From assembly GCA_903856085.1 (NCBI GenBank), contig CAIOAT010000020.1, forward strand, positions 1 to 61,498: a DNA stretch of 61,498 nucleotides, given 5' to 3'. Below, in pieces: positions 1 to 7,989 of this stretch; position 1 is the stretch's first letter, and the number at the start of each line of letters is the position of its first letter. Below the pieces are notes generated by a model, which was given only the letters and a program-made list of their open reading frames with translations, was not told the origin of the DNA and made no database searches. Both the position numbers and the translations under genes were made by a program. This DNA comes from Candidatus Omnitrophota bacterium (GTDB lineage Bacteria; Omnitrophota; Omnitrophia; Omnitrophales; Aquincolibacteriaceae).

Positions 1-1531
1 CAAAGTTCACAAAACGCGGGAGGATCATTTTGATTTTTTCAGGATGGTCTTTGTTCAAGCGGAATAAATCGCTAAAAAGGTTAAGACTTTGGATCTGCTG
101 GTGGGCGGCTGACGCTTGGGCTTTTTCAGCCCTTGTTTCTTGATCCAATCGTTTTTCCTCAAGCATAAGCTCTTTTTCTTCCTGATCCAGAGTCTCGAGT
201 TTTCCCTTGATCGCCTTGAGCTGGGAAACGCCTTTATCAGCAAGAATGTCCACCAAATTCGAGATTTTAGTGCGGGCGTCTTTCAGCTTCTCACGCACCC
301 GCTCAAGGTCCTTCTGGATATGCCCTATTCGTGAGGATGTCGAATCATTTGCCTTTCCAATAACTTTTTCAATAACGCCGGGCTTCAAACGAAGATCTTT
401 CAAATATTCAATCACAGCATTGTCTATCATTTCCGCCGGAAGATAATTTTCCTCACAATCGATACCCTCCGTTTTATCCGCTTTCACGCACAAGTAATAC
501 GGATAGTTTTTTCCATGCCTTCCCGTTCCGGATTTAGGAGTCATGCTCGAATGGCAATAAGGACATTTCAGCAATCCTTGAAGAAGATAAGCATAACGCA
601 TGGGGCGGCTAATGCTGCGACGATGTTTCCGGTTCCGGTTAAAGATCTTTTCAATCATTGACTGAGTGGCAGAAGATCGAAGAGACGGCCAGTTACCATC
701 ATAAACCTGACCATCATATTCCTGCCGTCCCGTGTAGCGAATGTTTTGAAGAATCCGAGAGACTTGCGGCTTCGAGTATGTTTTCCCCCGGGAGGTTTTA
801 TATCCTTTTTTGTGAAGTTCCCGGACCACCTGGTCCAGGCTTTGGAGAGTCAGATAAAGTTTATCGATTACTTCAATATGTTTTTGATAAACCGGATCCG
901 GAATCAATGTGTGCTTCCCATCAGTTTGGTGGACAACACGATACCCCATTGGCGGAGAGCCAAGAGGTCTGCCCTGCTTCGCATGGCGCCTCACAGTCTC
1001 CACGCTATATTGAGCAATGCGCTCCGCCTGCCATTGAGCCAGATTCGCATGGTTGCGCATGATCATCTGACCATCAGGCGTTGATGTATCGATATCGAGA
1101 TCAAGACAGACTAAAGCCACTTCGTTTTCGTTAAACTCGGCGGAAATATCGATGTAATCCTTAACGTTTCGGGCAATGCGGTCCAGCTTCGTAACCACGA
1201 CCACATCGACCAAACGCGCCTTTGCCAGTTCAAGAGCTTTCGAAAGACCGTGTCTTCCTTCCCGTTTAGTCGCTGTTCTGCCTCTTTTGACACCATCCTT
1301 ATCATCATTTTCAATGAAAAGATCGACTATCTTCCATTCTTGAGGCGCACTGATGCTTGCCTTGCATTTGACCCAATTCGCAATCACTTCGCGTTGATGC
1401 TCAAGCGATTCTCCGTACTTAGCCTGTTTATCGGTAGAGACCCTAGCGATCCCGAAAACGCGGACCGTTTCTAAATTCTTGAAGTGATGAATCGTTGTGA
1501 TCTTGTTCCATCTTTTGGCTTTTTTGCTCAT
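1..1531 (-). CDS. Large serine recombinase (resolvase catalytic domain + recombinase domain + Zn-ribbon + coiled coil); the C-terminus runs off the left window edge
   Basis: It is absent from the ORF track because no stop codon lies in the window. My manual minus-strand translation from the ATG at 1531 (GGAGGG a few nt upstream) stays open to position 1. It reads MSKKAKRWNK..VRVFGIARVSTDKQ (catalytic Ser motif)..VVVVTKLDRIARN..LKCPYCHSSM..YYLC (Cys ribbon), followed by a K/E/L-rich coiled coil. Confidence 0.9.
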   Translation of the reverse strand, partial: MSKKAKRWNKITTIHHFKNLETVRVFGIARVSTDKQAKYGESLEHQREVIANWVKCKASISAPQEWKIVDLFIENDDKDGVKRGRTATKREGRHGLSKALELAKARLVDVVVVTKLDRIARNVKDYIDISAEFNENEVALVCLDLDIDTSTPDGQMIMRNHANLAQWQAERIAQYSVETVRRHAKQGRPLGSPPMGYRVVHQTDGKHTLIPDPVYQKHIEVIDKLYLTLQSLDQVVRELHKKGYKTSRGKTYSKPQVSRILQNIRYTGRQEYDGQVYDGNWPSLRSSATQSMIEKIFNRNRKHRRSISRPMRYAYLLQGLLKCPYCHSSMTPKSGTGRHGKNYPYYLCVKADKTEGIDCEENYLPAEMIDNAVIEYLKDLRLKPGVIEKVIGKANDSTSSRIGHIQKDLERVREKLKDARTKISNLVDILADKGVSQLKAIKGKLETLDQEEKELMLEEKRLDQETRAEKAQASAAHQQIQSLNLFSDLFRLNKDHPEKIKMILPRFVNF

Positions 1532-1590
1532 AACTCCCTCCGGATTATTCGCATGAGTAACAATATACTCATTTTCTTTACATTTGCAAC

Positions 1591-1938
1591 TTATAATCCG
1601 GTACGGCCTTTCGCCGTTTCCTCAGAAGTTTTTGTTTCTTGACGGGTTGTTTCCGCCCACAACATCCCAAGAATCTCCATAAATTCCTCCGTCCGATCCT
1701 TCTCGGTCATCTGCACAAAGAAATTCCCTGGGTTACGATCCAGTTCGGGATAAACGCCGCATGCAACTATTCTCACCTCAAAATGAATCGGTTTCCGATG
1801 AAGCCATTTCTTTTTTCTCAATATCTTTGTTGGAATTATTTTCCCCACAATATTGACACCCCCTTGTTGTTTTTCGGTCCTTGGTAATAGGAATGCGGCA
1901 ATTCGACCACGGCAGGGGGCGGGATCGTAAAGTCGCAT
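1591..1938 (-). CDS. Hypothetical protein (115 aa); overlaps an alternative frame at 1778..2080
   Basis: ORF track. Only the C-terminal half (KPIHFEVRIVACGVYPELDRNPGNFFVQMTEKDRTEEFMEILG) looks protein-like. It lies 60 nt upstream of the recombinase start. Confidence 0.3.
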   Translation of the reverse strand: MRLYDPAPCRGRIAAFLLPRTEKQQGGVNIVGKIIPTKILRKKKWLHRKPIHFEVRIVACGVYPELDRNPGNFFVQMTEKDRTEEFMEILGMLWAETTRQETKTSEETAKGRTGL

Positions 1939-2083
1939 TCGAAACCATATAAAAATTCAATGACGAAAAAAACACTCTTAATTCTTCAGACAATGTCTGA
2001 AGAATCTTTTCCACTAAACACTCCTGATAAAACCACCACATTAGATTCAAGTTCGCCCACCCAATTCCTAGCGGAAACATTTT

Positions 2084-2401
2084 TCAAATCAGCTGATAAC
2101 GCTCTCGCAATCTGAAGTCCTTTTCGAGCCCCATACTTACGCTCCCTCCACCGCTTCCAATCGAAGAAACTGACGGTGAGTGGATATTTTTAGCAGCAAA
2201 GCAGCCATTCCGAAGGTGCTTGTCAGGACCGATACCGCTCCGGGCGGGATTGTTGCCCATGCGGTACTGATAGAGTGGACAATCGGCGGATTGGCATTCC
2301 CGCACATCCTTTGGCCGACTGCTACACGCCAGACAGTATTTCCTTATCGATTTTAATGGCGTTATTTTTTTCGCTTCTATCATTCGTGTCTGATACCTCA
2401 C
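2084..2401 (-). CDS. Small Cys-rich (zinc-ribbon-like) protein typical of phage and plasmid regions
   Basis: The segment KSIRKYCLACSSRPKDVRECQSADCPLYQYRMGNNP has a CxxC..C..C-PLY-YR-G pattern that recurs in mobile-element small proteins. Confidence 0.55.
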   Translation of the reverse strand: MRYQTRMIEAKKITPLKSIRKYCLACSSRPKDVRECQSADCPLYQYRMGNNPARSGIGPDKHLRNGCFAAKNIHSPSVSSIGSGGGSVSMGLEKDFRLRERYQLI

Positions 2402-2403
2402 CT

Positions 2404-2649
2404 TTAAAAAGTTGAAAGCATTTTTCCAAACTGCACAAGCCCGCCGATCAACGCCTCGACTCTTTCAGATACCCGAAAGCTTGTTACCGTTCGAAACACG
2501 TAAAAACCCTGGCAAACAACTCCAATCCATTCACCAGGCACACTAATCCCCCAACGCATCGCATATACCTTCCCGTAAGCTCCTGTTGCAAATGCCGGGA
2601 TGGAAAACATTCTTGAACCCAGACCGACTGCTGGCCGTCCCACGTTCAC
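2404..2649 (-). CDS. Hypothetical protein (81 aa)
   Basis: ORF track. Its stop lies 2 nt before the start of the downstream Cys-rich ORF, which suggests co-transcription. I recognise no motif. Confidence 0.3.
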   Translation of the reverse strand: MNVGRPAVGLGSRMFSIPAFATGAYGKVYAMRWGISVPGEWIGVVCQGFYVFRTVTSFRVSERVEALIGGLVQFGKMLSTF

Positions 2650-2927
2650 ATTTCCCCGCGAGAACAGCGCACGGTCCCTTCAAGACCATTTTTCAAACCG
2701 ACCGCCTTTACCGCCAAAGCTTCCAGAGACATCACACTCGTTTCAGAAAAGAATGAGGGGGAATGCTAAAAAGCATCACACCAACGCTCAATTCATTTCT
2801 GATACAGAACGCGAACTCCAGAAACATCTTACAAACAATCAAAACCGCGAGGCTCACTCGTGTCCTGCCGCTGCTTGTTTTTTTCCGGTCTACTTCCTCG
2901 GGATCGTCCCAGGTTGATTGGCTGGGC

Positions 2928-2956
2928 TTGTCACATTAAATTTATCTCTCTATAGT
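2928..2956 (+). promoter_or_regulatory. Sigma70-like promoter in repeat unit 1 (TTGTCA-N17-TATAGT)
   Basis: Read directly from the sequence. The same element is conserved in units 2 and 3. Confidence 0.35.
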
Positions 2957-3160
2957 CTTGGGCAAAAATAGGGGGGGCTGTTCATCAAAAGTGTACATTC
3001 CCCCTATAGAAAATATTTTTCTAGTCGCCCTCAAAAACACCTTTTAAACCATATTTCCAGTTTTCCTGTTCCCGACCACAAATTCAAAAAACACCGAAAC
3101 CCCTGCATTTCTTTCCTCCGGTCTGCTTCCTCGGAATCGTCCCAGGTTGATTGGCTGGGC

Positions 3161-3188
3161 TTGTCACATTTAATTTATCTCCTATAGT
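3161..3188 (+). promoter_or_regulatory. Sigma70-like promoter in repeat unit 2 (TTGTCA-N16-TATAGT)
   Basis: Read directly from the sequence. Confidence 0.35.
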
Positions 3189-3393
3189 CTTGGGCAAAAA
3201 CAGGGGGGGCTGTCGGTCACATTTGAACATTTCCCCTTAGAAAAATATTTTTCTAGTCATCCCCCAAAACACCTTTTCAACCCAAATCCCGTTTTTCCAT
3301 GATCCCGACCACAAATTCCAAAAACACCGAAACCCCTGCATTTCTTTCCTCCGGTCTGCTTCCTCGGCATCGTCCCAGGTTGATTGGCCGGGC

Positions 3394-3421
3394 TTGTCAC
3401 ATTTAATTTATCTCCTATAGT
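3394..3421 (+). promoter_or_regulatory. Sigma70-like promoter in repeat unit 3 (TTGTCA-N16-TATAGT)
   Basis: Read directly from the sequence. Unit 4 (3628..3656) has a degenerate -35 (TTATTA). Confidence 0.35.
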
Positions 3422-4446
3422 CTTGGGCAAAAATAAGGGGGTCTGTTTATGGGTTTTCCACATTCTCCCTATAGAAAATATTTTTCTAGTCATCCCCCAA
3501 CAAACCCTTTTCGACCCAAATCCCAATTTTTTCCGATCCAGCCCACAAATTCCAAAAATACCGAAATCCCTGCATTTCTTTCCTCCAGTCTGCTTCCTCG
3601 GAATCGTCCCAGGTTGATTGGCTGGGCTTATTACTTTAAATTTATCTCTCTATAGTCTTGGGCAAAAACAGGGGGGTCTGTCGGTCAAAACTTTACATTT
3701 CCCCAATAGAAAATATTTTTCTAGTCGTCCTCCAAAAGCTCCTCTTAACCCAAATCCAGCCTTCCCTAATTCGAATCACAAACTCCAGAGAATTAAAAAT
3801 CTTTTGAATTTTTTAAAACGCTCTCTCATAACTTCGGGCAAAAACAAGGAGGGCGTTCATGGTTTTTTAACATTCCCCCCCCTAGAAATATTTTTTACAC
3901 CCTCCCAGCTCAGCCCTTCCCCCTCTAAAATTCGGACATCCATGCAGGTTTCGAATTCCTGACCTCCAGGTTCGTCAAAAACTGTTCCCCTCGTAGTTTG
4001 CCCTTTCCGACGGATCGCAATCATGAAAACGCGCGGTAAGTGGGCATTTTTGAAAGCGAATAGCCCTTTAAAAAGATTGGCTCAACAAGAACTCCACTGA
4101 ATAAGGTTCTGGCATCGCCCTAAACCTTGCCACTGCCCCTAACAGGCAACTTACGAATCAACGAATCGCTGCAAATCCGGCTAATCACTGATCCGGCCTT
4201 TTCAAGAACATCAACTCCTTGCTCCGCCACGCAAAGCATGAACACCGCCACAAAAACATCACACTAAAATTCAAACTTTTCATGATCTGGGACCTTAACT
4301 CCAGATTTTTTATTTAAAGCATCTTCAAACGATTTAACACAACCGAAACTCACTTTCACTCACTTCAAACACTTCATAATTCACTTCCTCTTTCTCATTC
4401 ATCCTTTCTCATATCCAACGCAATCCAAAGTCCTTCCCGAACCCTT

Positions 4447-4527
4447 GACTCCTGACCACCCTCTCGAAACTTCCCTAAGAAGAGAGAGGGTGGTCAGGAG
4501 TCTGTATGGTTCCGCAGAACCGTACAG
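4447..4527. repeat. Two abutting inverted repeats: a 19-bp perfect stem and an 11-bp stem
   Basis: GACTCCTGACCACCCTCTC (4447-4465) pairs with GAGAGGGTGGTCAGGAGTC (4484-4502). CTGTATGGTTC (4502-4512) pairs with GAACCGTACAG (4517-4527) with one G:U-type mismatch. No T-run follows on either strand. Confidence 0.85.
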
Positions 4528-4747
4528 GGTGAGGGAAGGACGCTTTCAAAATGCGTTTCAAAGAACATTGGAACTCGATACAAATTCAGCACTTAAAACA
4601 AAAAGTGATTTTTAAAATCAGACAAAAATTCGGGGTCGATTTTAACGACGCCAAAAATTTTTCTAAATTTTGAGTTGTATACCCCCTTTTTGTATAGTTT
4701 CAAAATCCTGTAAACGAAAAAACTTAAAAATTTGACGAAATTGAAAC

Positions 4748-5629
4748 CTATTCGTCGCCATCACGGCCTTCGTCATCTTCGTCCGAATCACCTTCGTCGT
4801 CCGCATCGTCATCTCCTCGTGATCCACCGCCAGACGAAGCGAACGGTTTTCGCTCCTGCCCTGCATCCGGAGATCCGGATTCGACTATCACCTTGATCTC
4901 TTCGCGAGTCTGGTCCGCAAGCGTGCCGTCCATAGAATATTCCACCAAAACACTTACGGGCAACTTTCCTTGAGACGACCGGAAAACGGCATTGTCTTTT
5001 TCAGCCTCCAACTCCTCTTCGCTTACGAAGTAGAATTTCTGCCAGATATAGCCCAACTTTTTCTTCAGGGATTCGATCCGTCTCTCAGTCGGCAGGATGT
5101 AAAGCACCTTCTCATACTTCGAAGCATAGTTATAGCGGTCGAAAATCTTCTTGTATCGCTCAGGCGGTTCTTTTTCCGTTAGTTCGTACTCGATCGGATA
5201 GACCTGATCCACGGTCAGGAGCAAAGCATCCGGTGTAATCCCATGGGGTTTCACGGACCGGATCACGCGCTCCGGTATCCAAAGACCGATCCCAAGCCCC
5301 TCAAAAAGAATCCGAAGATCAATCAGTCCACGATCATGGAAGTAATTCTTGAAGGTCTTGTCCTTGGAAATCCCAATGGCAAACGGATAATGACTCGCTT
5401 TCAAGGCCGTTACAGCATCCTCCGTCGGAATGTACAAATCTCTCGGATCGCTATAGACCTTTCGAGTCGTCACAAGGCCGGCATCCATCAGCTTCAGCAT
5501 TCTCCGGTACGGTGCCCGGTGAATATTGCATCCCGGAAAAAACTTGGCTCCAATCTGATCCAAATGACTGAATCGCTCGTGCAAAATCCAAGCATTAATA
5601 TCCTGATCTCGCTCCATCAACCTGATCAT
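4748..5629 (-). CDS. Replication-relaxation (Replic_Relax)-like winged-helix protein with an acidic C-terminal tail
   Basis: The N-terminus MIRLMERDQDINAWILHERFSHLDQIGAKFF..RRMLKLMDAGLV resembles the wHTH of the replication-relaxation family. The C-terminus is D/E/G-rich (GDDDADDEGDSDEDDEG). I prefer the ATG at 5629 over the Cys-rich 27-aa extension that begins at 5710. Confidence 0.55.
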   Translation of the reverse strand: MIRLMERDQDINAWILHERFSHLDQIGAKFFPGCNIHRAPYRRMLKLMDAGLVTTRKVYSDPRDLYIPTEDAVTALKASHYPFAIGISKDKTFKNYFHDRGLIDLRILFEGLGIGLWIPERVIRSVKPHGITPDALLLTVDQVYPIEYELTEKEPPERYKKIFDRYNYASKYEKVLYILPTERRIESLKKKLGYIWQKFYFVSEEELEAEKDNAVFRSSQGKLPVSVLVEYSMDGTLADQTREEIKVIVESGSPDAGQERKPFASSGGGSRGDDDADDEGDSDEDDEGRDGDE

Positions 5630-6246
5630 AAAACACCCCAGGCAACAAACGACTCCGTTACCTGCCACGCAACAAGCAGCCCTTTCCCGACCAATCCATC
5701 TCGCCTCCAAATATCCATGTAGAGAGGGATTGGTCGGGAAAGAATTCGAGCGGCTTTTGCGAGGCAGGTAAACGACTTACGAAAAAATGCCTGGGGAAAC
5801 CTCGGACCCCACCCTTTTTCCCTATCTTGGGTAGACCCAAACAAGACCCGGCTAACAGGATTTTGCTTCCAGATTGGGTCAGAGGGAGAGGGATTGCGGG
5901 CGGGATTTTTTGCAGAAAAAATCTTTATCAACAACTGATTCATGACAGAGGACTCCTTTCGGTTTGCCTTCTTGGCTAAAGTTATTTCGCCTTAAAGACC
6001 GGACTGCTTACCATTCCCTTGAGGCCTTTAGTCTCAGAAATATCCGGAAATGGAGGGCTTTAGGTCCCCGAAAGTCGCGGGACTCGCAAAAAACGAATCC
6101 CGCCGCCCCTGTACGTAGCGGCTAGAGGAAGAAGCTTTGAGGCTAAAGCCTCAAAACACTCCCCTTACATTAGGTCAAATCAGTCAGTTTTGTTCGAGGA
6201 ATTTTCTACAGGTGCGCAGATTTTTTTTCGTGCCCTGTAAAAACAC

Positions 6247-6855
6247 CTATTTCCCCGAGGAATAGGCCCTCGCGAGAAAACGGATCGTGTTGAGATTGCT
6301 ATAAATCGTGGAAAGATTCGAGTGAAGGGAACGAGCGATCATCGGCGGAGGCCAGCATCGCTCGAAATAGAGGCGAAACACACGCTTCAGCTTCCCGGCG
6401 TAAAGAACACCGTCTAAAACAGCCTTGAGCTTTTGGCCTTCCTCCCGGCGTTTTTTGATCCTCTCAAGACGCTTGGCCGCTCCGTTAACCCTTGCCCATG
6501 CGCTTGAGGGGCTTATTTTGAGCTTTTGGGAAAGCTTACGGAGTGTCATATCGGAGTTCGGGCTGAGGGAAAAGAGTTCATATGCCCGCTTTTGTTTCGG
6601 AGTAAGACGCGCGTATTTGAGATAACGCCGAAGCTGCCGTAATCTCTGGATCTCTTGATTGCGCACGGAGGGAGCCTCTTCTTCGGCGATGAGCCGATCC
6701 AAGGGAGAATCCCCGGAGACCTGGATTTCCGATAAAACTTCATTTTCGAATCCGGTGAGCCGGGCAGGCGAATCGCCTTCGATGTTTTGAAGATTCACCG
6801 AACGGACACGGTGACGAAACGGCTGTTTTTTACTTTTCTTGGCAGTGTGTTCCAA
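6247..6855 (-). CDS. HTH protein with sigma-70 region-4-like segments
   Basis: LTPKQKRAYELFSLSPNSDMTLRKLSQKLKISPSSAWARVNGAAKRLERI looks like a region-4/LuxR-type HTH. A second HTH-like segment lies near the C-terminus. The start is TTG, with AAGGGA upstream. Confidence 0.5.
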   Translation of the reverse strand: MEHTAKKSKKQPFRHRVRSVNLQNIEGDSPARLTGFENEVLSEIQVSGDSPLDRLIAEEEAPSVRNQEIQRLRQLRRYLKYARLTPKQKRAYELFSLSPNSDMTLRKLSQKLKISPSSAWARVNGAAKRLERIKKRREEGQKLKAVLDGVLYAGKLKRVFRLYFERCWPPPMIARSLHSNLSTIYSNLNTIRFLARAYSSGK

Positions 6856-7243
6856 TTCGTTTTTCCCTTTCCACTAAAAGATAGCATGAAATTCTGCATC
6901 CGTGCGAACCCGAATCTGCCGCGCTAAGAGAGCGCGGGCAATGAAGTGCGATTTATAATTAAGAGCAACGGAAAAGCGACATGAAGTTTTTCTGTCTTTT
7001 ATTTTTATAGCCCGTAAGTACTCGGGAAAATAAGTGCAAATAGATTTAAGGCCGGAAGAAATAGCACCAGGTTTGAGACTGGTCGTTTGATCTTTATGGT
7101 TCCCTCAGAGTATTGGGCCAAAACGGGGAGTTTCGGAATAGGTTTTCATAGGTTTTAGGAAATATTTTAGAGTTTATTGAGGTGAATTCGGCAGGCACCG
7201 TCTGCCGAATCCGAATATTCCAGACTAAGAGCGGGATAAAAAG

Positions 7244-7265
7244 GCTACGCAGTGCGTAGCTTTTT
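7244..7265 (+). terminator. Hairpin + T5 (GCTACGC-AGT-GCGTAGC-TTTTT), with an A-run upstream
   Basis: Read from the sequence. It lies in a 660-bp region with no credible ORF. Confidence 0.4.
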
Positions 7266-7294
7266 GGGACTTGCTCGAAGCTAATGTGAAATTG

Positions 7295-7316
7295 GCCGCA
7301 CAGCGTGTGGCTTTTT
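7295..7316 (+). terminator. Hairpin + T5 (GCCGCA-CAGCG-TGTGGC-TTTTT), similar in sequence to the hairpin at 7244
   Basis: Read from the sequence. Both hairpins are followed by TTTTTGGG. Confidence 0.35.
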
Positions 7317-7476
7317 GGGGATTGTGAGAGGGTAACTAGATAGCACGGACTCAGCCAGAACGTGGTTACCAGAGCCTCCTGGCCAGGAGACCTTTTCGCC
7401 ACCCTTCACAAAAATTTCGTCATGTTTTGCGGAGATGGCTAGATAACGCGCTACCCAGCTAAGGACGCATCACCAG

Positions 7477-7499
7477 GGCTTCCGGCCGGAAGCCTTTTT
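7477..7499 (+). terminator. Perfect 18-nt palindrome GGCTTCCGGCCGGAAGCC followed by T5
   Basis: Read from the sequence. It lies 24 nt from the stop of the minus-strand HTH gene but has the orientation of a plus-strand terminator. Confidence 0.4.
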
Positions 7500-7522
7500 G
7501 CCATCTCCAGCAAATCAAATTT

Positions 7523-7765
7523 TCAAAGAATGCACTGCCGTCTGAGGAATTTTTTAATCCGCAACTTTTGATCCTCGGAAAGCTCAAGCAAACCACGCTC
7601 AGCAAGCTCAATATCATCTCGTCTGATGCCTGTCTTCCCGGAAAGCTCCGTTAAGGTAACGCCACGTTCTTTCCGCCGCGCGTGCAAGATCGCGCCATGT
7701 TCTTTCCGTAAATTCCTGCGTGATCTCCACTGCGGCGTTTTTGAAAGCAACTCGCTTAGCCCCAT
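7523..7765 (-). CDS. XRE-family HTH protein (80 aa), paralogue of 7990..8235
   Basis: The sequence is MGLSELL..RRKERGVTLTELSGKTGIRRDDIELAERGLLELSEDQKLRIKKFLRRQ. I placed the start at 7765 by alignment with the paralogue, whereas the ORF track extends to 7855. Confidence 0.7.
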   Translation of the reverse strand: MGLSELLSKTPQWRSRRNLRKEHGAILHARRKERGVTLTELSGKTGIRRDDIELAERGLLELSEDQKLRIKKFLRRQCIL

Positions 7766-7817
7766 ATCTGAAATGTTTTTATTGGAATGGGGAATGGGCC
7801 TTTGCAACGCTTTAATT

Positions 7818-7949
7818 TCAACAAGCATGCATTTCACCGCCAAGTTCCGATTCAACCATGCAAATCCGCTTGCGATACTGAACGAACAAGCGGTAAAGCG
7901 CGGCGCAACGTCTCGTGATTTTCTTAAACGTCTTCTTCTGAATTCCCAT
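7818..7949 (-). CDS. Small basic ORF (43 aa), paralogue of 8677..8799
   Basis: Manual translation gives MGIQKKTFKKITRRCAALYRLFVQYRKRICMVESELGGEMHAC. The amino-acid sequence is conserved with the second copy, which argues that it is coding. Confidence 0.4.
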   Translation of the reverse strand: MGIQKKTFKKITRRCAALYRLFVQYRKRICMVESELGGEMHAC

Positions 7950-7989
7950 GGTTATGCTCCCTTTCTACAAATGGTTCTTATCCAAACCT

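Larger units (their letters stand above)
2884..3920 (+). repeat. Non-coding tandem repeat array: four full units of 233-234 bp plus a degenerate fifth
   Basis: The anchor TCCGGTCT/TCCAGTCT recurs at 2884, 3117, 3350 and 3584. Each unit carries CGTCCCAGGTTGATTGGCTGGGC, TTGTCA-N16/17-TATAGT, GGGCAAAAA-A-G(5-7), the AT palindrome TAGAAAATATTTTTCTA, and CAAAAACACC. A degenerate copy runs from about 3818 to 3920. Confidence 0.9.

Noticed and set aside
658-1474. Plus-strand ORFs of 134, 112 and 74 aa, and a minus-strand ORF at 1111..1314.
   Set aside because: They are antisense to, or out of frame within, the serine recombinase gene, whose frame is continuous and motif-rich.
2884-3920. The possibility that the tandem array is a CRISPR locus.
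   Set aside because: The units are about 233 bp and homologous across their entire length. There is no alternation of short repeats with unique spacers, and there are no cas genes in the window.
3257-3962. ORFs 3257..3526(-), 3384..3617(+), 3449..3655(+) and 3618..3962(+) inside the tandem repeat, which might be a repeat-protein gene.
   Set aside because: The repeat period is 233/233/234 bp, so the frame is not maintained between units. The equivalent frames in units 1-2 contain stops, and the starts are non-ATG. The conservation is at the nucleotide level, not the codon level.
5243-5943. ORFs 5243..5722(+), 5626..5943(-) and 5658..5840(-).
   Set aside because: The first is antisense to the Replic_Relax-like gene. 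The others lie in its upstream leader, are Pro/Gly/Arg-rich and carry no motifs. I cannot support them as genes.
7094-7402. A 102-aa minus-strand ORF in the 6.9-7.5 kb gap.
   Set aside because: It runs straight through three hairpin/T-run structures, has an odd composition and has no RBS. It is more likely non-coding.
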